Assembly: GCA_902495005.1 (NCBI GenBank)
Contig: CABUVL010000005.1
Span: 21,131-85,130 of the forward strand
Origin: an uncultured Verrucomicrobiota bacterium
Lineage (GTDB): Bacteria; Verrucomicrobiota; Verrucomicrobiia; Opitutales; UBA9783
Length of the DNA: 64,000 bases
Direction: 5' to 3'
The notes under the pieces: generated by a model
What the model was told of the DNA's origin: nothing
The model's input: only the letters and a program-made list of their open reading frames with translations
Database searches by the model: none
Shown: positions 58,992-64,000 of the stretch, one piece after another
Position numbering within the stretch: position 1 is the stretch's first letter
How the letters are laid out: every line of letters starts with the position of its first letter
Translations under genes and position numbers: made by a program

Positions 58992-61490
58992 ATGGTGCGT
59001 AGTACGAAGTGGAGATTAATTTTAAGTTGTATAGTGGCGATTTGGGGCTTATCACAAGCATTCCCTTACAAAGATTGCCCTTTTGATCGTTATTTGGTCG
59101 ATAAGGCGAGTGCACATACGGAGGAATTTAAGACCCTTGTAACGCGTGCACAGGCCCTTGTGACGGATAAGAAAGAAGGAAACCTGCTGTTGGCCTTGTC
59201 GCATGTTTGCAGTGCCGAAAAAATCGACTTGTGCAAATTTTTCCCAAAGTTGAACGTTGAGGATATCAAGAACCTGGACAAGCGGAATCGCATTGTCTTG
59301 CAGTATTTGTTCCAATCATCCAAGAGCGTGTTTAAGCAAGGCCTCGATTTGAAAGGCGGCGTGGCGTTTGTATTGGAGATCAACCCGCGTGTTTTGTTGG
59401 GCAAGGAGAATTGGGAACGACAACAGCTGATACAAAAGGCAATTGAGGTCATTATGGGCCGCATTGACTCTTTGGGCGTGGCCGAACCCATCGTACGTCC
59501 ACGGGGCGACAATGCCGTCGAAGTTCAATTGCCGGGTATTTCGTTGGAAAGCAACCCGGATGTCGTCCAAGCTCTCAAGAAGCCGGCAAAATTAGAATTC
59601 CGTTTGGTCAATGATGACGTGGATGCCAAGGGCGATGTGCCCCACGGATATGAACGCTTGTGGCTCGCTCAGGAAGATGCGAATGGACAGGAGATTCAAC
59701 TGCCAGTTTTGGTTAAGCGTGTGCCGGAATTGACGGGACAGGCGGTCAAGGCAGCTCGGCCCGTGGTGGATTCTTACGGACGTTACGAAATCAGCTTGCA
59801 GATGACCGATGTGGGCACCGAACGTTTCGGCAAGGTTACGCAGGCGAATTTACACAAGCGCTTGGCCATCGTCTTGGATGGAAAGCTGTATTCTGCACCG
59901 GTCATTCAATCGGCAATTATGAATGGACAGGCCAGCATTTCTGGCAATTTTACTCAAAGAGAGGCGATCGAGCTGTCCAATGTGCTGAATAATCCGTTAG
60001 GTTTTGAGTTGGATTTGGTTGAAGTTTACGAAGTGGGCCCCTCGTTGGCGGCCAATGCAAAGAGTTTAGCCATTGAAGCGGCGTTTCTGGGAACACTGAT
60101 TGTGATCGCCTTGTTGGTTTACTGCTACCGTACATTGGGTGTTATCAGCGCGTTGGCGTTGTTCTTTAATGGAGCCCTCGTAATTGGTGCGTGGGCGGCC
60201 ATTGGTGCGACGATTACTTTGCCCAGCATTACCGCATTGGCATTGACGTTTGGCATGGCGGTTGATTCAAATATTTTGATATTAGAGCGTGTTAGAGAAG
60301 AAATTAAGGCTGGCAAAGATAGTGTGGTAGCCATGCACTTGGGGCATCAAAAGGCGTTTTTAACCATTTTAGATGCCAATTTAACGACGCTTTTAACGGC
60401 GTTCTTGCTGATTTGGCTTGGAACGGGGTCTGTCAAAGGCTTTGGAATAACCTTGGCAATTGGTATCTTAACAACGTTGTTCTCCGTTTTGGTATTCAGT
60501 CGTGCGCTTATGGAAATTTACGTAAGGCGCTTTCATGGCGTACTTGCGATTAAGAGCTACTTAAATGCGTGCTCTGTTGATTTTCTGAAGTACAAACGCG
60601 TTGCGTTGACAATTTCTTTGACGGCACTACTTGTGGGTTGGATTGCTTTGGGCTGCCGTGGCAAGAAAATTTTAGGGATTGATTTTGTCGGGGGAGATGA
60701 ATTGCTCGTTAAGTACGAGCAGGTCGTCGATTGCCAAGCGATTCGTTCGCTTGTCGCACAGGCAGGGCTTGGCGAAGTTAACGCCGTTTACCAACGTTAC
60801 TTGGGTAAGAGTAATACGGTGTTGAAAATTCAAGCGGAGAGAGATAAGGGACCAAGTGTTTTAAAGTTATTGGATGAGAAATTCCCAGATGCCCATTTAA
60901 AGTTGCTTGCGAAAAATACGATGGGTGGCTCGGTCAGCGCGGATCTCCAACGCAGCGCATTGTGGTCTGTATTGGCGGCTTTGTGTGGCATTTTGTTGTA
61001 TGTGGCCTTGCGTTTTGAATTTGGTTATGGCGTAGGGGCCATTGTTGCTTTGTCGCACGATATTTTGATTACCATTGGATTGTATGTCCTTTGCGGGCGT
61101 CAGTTCTCTGGTCCTATGGTGGCCGCCATCCTGACAGTTATTGGTTATTCTATCAATGATACGATCATTATTTTCGATCGTATTCGAGAGGAATTGCCAC
61201 GAAATGCCCACTTAAGCCTTGTTCAAGTTATTAACCTGGCGATTAATAAGACCTTGTCCAGGACGCTGATGACAAGTATAACAACGTTTATTCCTGCGTT
61301 TACGTTATTTTTGTTATGTCCGGGCATTGTGAGTGACTATGCTTTGGTATTTTTAATTGGCATTGTTGTGGGTACATTTTCTTCCATATTTATTGCTTCT
61401 CCTATTTTTTATGCTTGGCATCATGGAGACAGGAAGCACGTTGAAGCTAGGCGCGATGTTTTACCTACATACGCTTGGAAACAAGAATAA
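58992..61490 (+). CDS. secDF: Fused protein-export membrane protein SecDF
   Basis: 832 aa. The SecD periplasmic domain (LGLDLKGGV-like GLDLKGGVAFVLEI) and its 6 TM segments are followed by the SecF TM block (YSINDTIIIFDRIRE). Confidence 0.9.
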   Translation: MVRSTKWRLILSCIVAIWGLSQAFPYKDCPFDRYLVDKASAHTEEFKTLVTRAQALVTDKKEGNLLLALSHVCSAEKIDLCKFFPKLNVEDIKNLDKRNRIVLQYLFQSSKSVFKQGLDLKGGVAFVLEINPRVLLGKENWERQQLIQKAIEVIMGRIDSLGVAEPIVRPRGDNAVEVQLPGISLESNPDVVQALKKPAKLEFRLVNDDVDAKGDVPHGYERLWLAQEDANGQEIQLPVLVKRVPELTGQAVKAARPVVDSYGRYEISLQMTDVGTERFGKVTQANLHKRLAIVLDGKLYSAPVIQSAIMNGQASISGNFTQREAIELSNVLNNPLGFELDLVEVYEVGPSLAANAKSLAIEAAFLGTLIVIALLVYCYRTLGVISALALFFNGALVIGAWAAIGATITLPSITALALTFGMAVDSNILILERVREEIKAGKDSVVAMHLGHQKAFLTILDANLTTLLTAFLLIWLGTGSVKGFGITLAIGILTTLFSVLVFSRALMEIYVRRFHGVLAIKSYLNACSVDFLKYKRVALTISLTALLVGWIALGCRGKKILGIDFVGGDELLVKYEQVVDCQAIRSLVAQAGLGEVNAVYQRYLGKSNTVLKIQAERDKGPSVLKLLDEKFPDAHLKLLAKNTMGGSVSADLQRSALWSVLAALCGILLYVALRFEFGYGVGAIVALSHDILITIGLYVLCGRQFSGPMVAAILTVIGYSINDTIIIFDRIREELPRNAHLSLVQVINLAINKTLSRTLMTSITTFIPAFTLFLLCPGIVSDYALVFLIGIVVGTFSSIFIASPIFYAWHHGDRKHVEARRDVLPTYAWKQE

Positions 61491-61496
61491 CATCCG

Positions 61497-63209
61497 ATGC
61501 GTTGGACAGATAAATATAATGGGCTCGCTTGTGAAGAGCAGATTGATATTTACTGTAAGCAGTTGGGGGTATCAAAATTTTTGGCGCGCTTGCTGTTGCC
61601 CTTAAATTTTGAGCGAGTGGACCAAGCGTTTAGGTTTTTGAATCCGAGCTTGCAGCATTTTGAAGATCCTTCTAACATTAAAAATCTGAATCAGCTTGTC
61701 GACGTTTTAGATCACGCATTACGGTCTGGACAGGCCGTAGGGGTCATTAGCGACTACGATGTGGACGGAATTACGAGCATCGCGTTGTTGCAGCGTTGCT
61801 GCCGTGCGTTGAATTATCAATTTAAGCCGTTTTTCCCAGAGCGAGAGACAGAAGGCTACGGCCTCAGTATGGATATTGTCAAACGGGTATTGTCCAACGG
61901 GCACTTTGACGTTATTATCGCCTTGGATTGTGGTACAAATTCAGTAGAGGCGGTCGATTTCCTCAATCAACAGGGTGTTTCCGTACTTATCATTGATCAC
62001 CACCAAAAAAATTGCCAAACGCTGCCCAAAGCCATTATCGTTAATCCGCATTTAGACGGACAAACTCATTCGATTTCCTCGAAACAATTGTGCACGGTCG
62101 GCCTTGTTTTTAAATTAATTCACGCTTGGTTGAAACGCTTAAAGGCAGAGCAATACCCGCCCGCGCAATCGATCCGTTTAAGGCCATTTTTAGATTTGGT
62201 TGCCTTGGGGACGGTGGCTGATATGGTTCCTTTAACCGAAGAAAACCGTTTGTTTGTTCATTTCGGGCTTAAAGAACTGCAGCAGTCGGGCTTAGTTGGT
62301 TTAAAAAGTTTGTTGAAGTATGCTGGGATTGAAGAAGATAATGCGTTGACGACAGACGATGTTTCTTTTCGTTTGGCCCCTCGTATTAATGTGAGCGGGC
62401 GCTTGGGGTCCGCCTATTTGCCATTTCGTTTGTTGACGAGTCAGGATGTGAACTTGTGCAACAAATTGGCGAAACAGTTGAATCAGCTGAATAGTCAGCG
62501 GCAAGAAATTGAAAAGGAGATTTTAGAAGAGGCCCAGCGTATGATTGCCCAGCGCAGCCACCGCGCGTTGACTTACGTGCTTTACAATGAAAATTGGCAT
62601 ATTGGTGTTGTCGGCATTGTGGCGGGGAAATTGACCCATCAGTACGGCAAGCCTATTTTTGTTTTAGGTAAAAAGGGCGATTTTGCAAAGGGATCGGGGC
62701 GCAGCATCCCAGAAGTCGATTTGGTCCATTTATTTCAGAAAGCCGGGATCGATGCGAAACAATGGGGAGGGCACCCCGCCGCCGTCGGATTAATGGTGGA
62801 GCCTCATCACGTGGCCTTGTTGGAAGAAAAGCTCAATCAAGCTCTTTATAAAATGTTTCAACATGGCTTCCCTGAGCCGACTTTGTCGATATCTGCCTCG
62901 TTGGATTTGGAGGATTTGACGGATCATTTGTTGGAAGAAGTCGAGCGTGTAGCTCCATTCGGGCAAGGCAATGAGTCTCCCACCTTCGTGTTGCGTAACA
63001 TTTCCCTTACTAAAAAGCCGGAACGTTTTGGGAGTGAAGGCGCACACATGCGCTTGAGCCTGAATGGAATTACTACAATAGGGTGGGGTATGGGCTCTGT
63101 GCGTTTCCCCTCCGATGCAGTTGACCTAGCTGTAAAAATTACATGGAATTACTGGCGAGGTAAGAAAGTATTTCAACTGCAATTGGTGGATTGGAAACGT
63201 ACGTCTTGA
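61497..63209 (+). CDS. recJ: Single-stranded-DNA-specific exonuclease RecJ
   Basis: DHH-family motifs VISDYDVDGITS, ALDCGT, IIDHHQ, GTVADMVPL, and GGHPAAVG. Confidence 0.9.
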   Translation: MRWTDKYNGLACEEQIDIYCKQLGVSKFLARLLLPLNFERVDQAFRFLNPSLQHFEDPSNIKNLNQLVDVLDHALRSGQAVGVISDYDVDGITSIALLQRCCRALNYQFKPFFPERETEGYGLSMDIVKRVLSNGHFDVIIALDCGTNSVEAVDFLNQQGVSVLIIDHHQKNCQTLPKAIIVNPHLDGQTHSISSKQLCTVGLVFKLIHAWLKRLKAEQYPPAQSIRLRPFLDLVALGTVADMVPLTEENRLFVHFGLKELQQSGLVGLKSLLKYAGIEEDNALTTDDVSFRLAPRINVSGRLGSAYLPFRLLTSQDVNLCNKLAKQLNQLNSQRQEIEKEILEEAQRMIAQRSHRALTYVLYNENWHIGVVGIVAGKLTHQYGKPIFVLGKKGDFAKGSGRSIPEVDLVHLFQKAGIDAKQWGGHPAAVGLMVEPHHVALLEEKLNQALYKMFQHGFPEPTLSISASLDLEDLTDHLLEEVERVAPFGQGNESPTFVLRNISLTKKPERFGSEGAHMRLSLNGITTIGWGMGSVRFPSDAVDLAVKITWNYWRGKKVFQLQLVDWKRTS

Positions 63210-63218
63210 GTTAACTTG

Positions 63219-64000
63219 TTATGGAACAAATCCGATGATGTCTTTGGCTGACAGAGGATGGCCGATATCCAGTTTATTCTTTGCGTATTGACCTAGAACG
63301 GATTCCCAATATTTTGGAGCTAAGCCGAATGATGGACGGATGATTTTAAGATTGTCTTTTGTAAATTGTTCTCCGCATTCAATCGGCTTACTGACGTAAA
63401 TAGAGCATCGATACCTGTGCCCTTCATAATTTTCTATTTCTTCTTCCCCCAAGCCCTTGTAAAGTTCTTTGCCTGTATTGACCATCAAGCGAAACTCGTT
63501 AGGTTCTAGGGATAAGATGTTTTCGACGGCATCGCCTTGTCGATTGAGAATAAAATGCTTTTCTATGAGGCTGGCGCCCAGAGAAATGCTACCCAGTGCA
63601 ATGTTAATGGAGGGCGTGTGGTCCGAAATGCCCACCGAGCATTTAAACTGTTTTTGTAAGTATGTAATGGTTCGCAAGTTACGTACGGGCAACTCAACGT
63701 GCTTTAGCAGCATCCAATGTTTACATCCGTTGTCTTGCAGGGTTGTAATGGCCTCCTTTATTTCATTGAGATTGGCCCATCCAGTGCTGAGGATGACGGG
63801 CTTGGCCGTAGAAGCTACTTTTTTGAGCAATGGCAAATGCGTAATTTCTAGCGATGGAATTTTGTAAGCGGGTGGATTGACGTGCGTTTCCAGAAAATCA
63901 ACGGCCGTTTCATCAAAAGGAGTGCACAAAAATGTTATATTTTGCATTTTTGCGTATTCGGCCAATTCTTCATGCCATTCCCAGGGCGTGTAACTTATTT
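63219..64000 (-). CDS. neuB: Sialic-acid-type nonulosonate synthase (NeuB/PseI/LegI family), C-terminal part; gene runs off the right edge
   Basis: YKIPSLEITHLPLLKKVASTAKPVILSTG, GISDHT, and a C-terminal SAF-like domain. The frame stays open upstream of the ORF-track start to position 64000 (...ISYTPWEWHEELAEYAK). Confidence 0.8.
   Translation of the reverse strand, partial: ISYTPWEWHEELAEYAKMQNITFLCTPFDETAVDFLETHVNPPAYKIPSLEITHLPLLKKVASTAKPVILSTGWANLNEIKEAITTLQDNGCKHWMLLKHVELPVRNLRTITYLQKQFKCSVGISDHTPSINIALGSISLGASLIEKHFILNRQGDAVENILSLEPNEFRLMVNTGKELYKGLGEEEIENYEGHRYRCSIYVSKPIECGEQFTKDNLKIIRPSFGLAPKYWESVLGQYAKNKLDIGHPLSAKDIIGFVP

Overview
This 64-kb chromosomal window appears to come from an environmental Chlamydiae (PVC) obligate intracellular bacterium. 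Lineage markers read from the sequence are an ATP/ADP translocase (Ntt), a 618-aa GreA with a long N-terminal extension, fused FolK-FolP next to a CofE-like FolC2, fused SecDF, PBP2, and a short archaeal/eukaryote-type ProRS. About 50 protein genes are mostly housekeeping: secA (partial), proS, sod, oppAB, accD, comF, rseP, rarA, thyA-folA-mrdA, recD2, greA, recA, dnaJ, grpE, gyrBA, ntt, gmk, folKP-folC2, yajC-secDF, recJ and neuB (partial). There are also tRNA-His(GTG), tRNA-Glu(CTC) and a tmRNA. I saw no rRNA, CRISPR array, transposase or integrase. Several AT-richer accessory islets interrupt the core. (1) Two distant paralogues (20248-21957 and 54095-55735) encode Cys-rich secreted proteins with divergent bodies and a C-terminal block of about 100 aa that is roughly 70 percent identical; each has a simple-sequence repeat at its 5' end (an 8-bp unit x3.9, and T8). 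(2) Next to tRNA-His, a HExxH protein gene is split exactly at an A8 tract and ends in a CaaX-like CLIY box. (3) Immediately downstream of ssrA lies an operon of a frameshifted flavoprotein gene, a WYL-like/Nudix fusion and a transporter. (4) Also present are a secreted GHSQG lipase-like protein, a tiny Lys/Cys-rich CBM20-like protein, and a translationally coupled orphan pair (130 aa + 620 aa). The paralogous SSR-bearing surface-protein family is my best candidate for an undescribed system. All functional calls rest on motif recognition by eye; no database search was possible.
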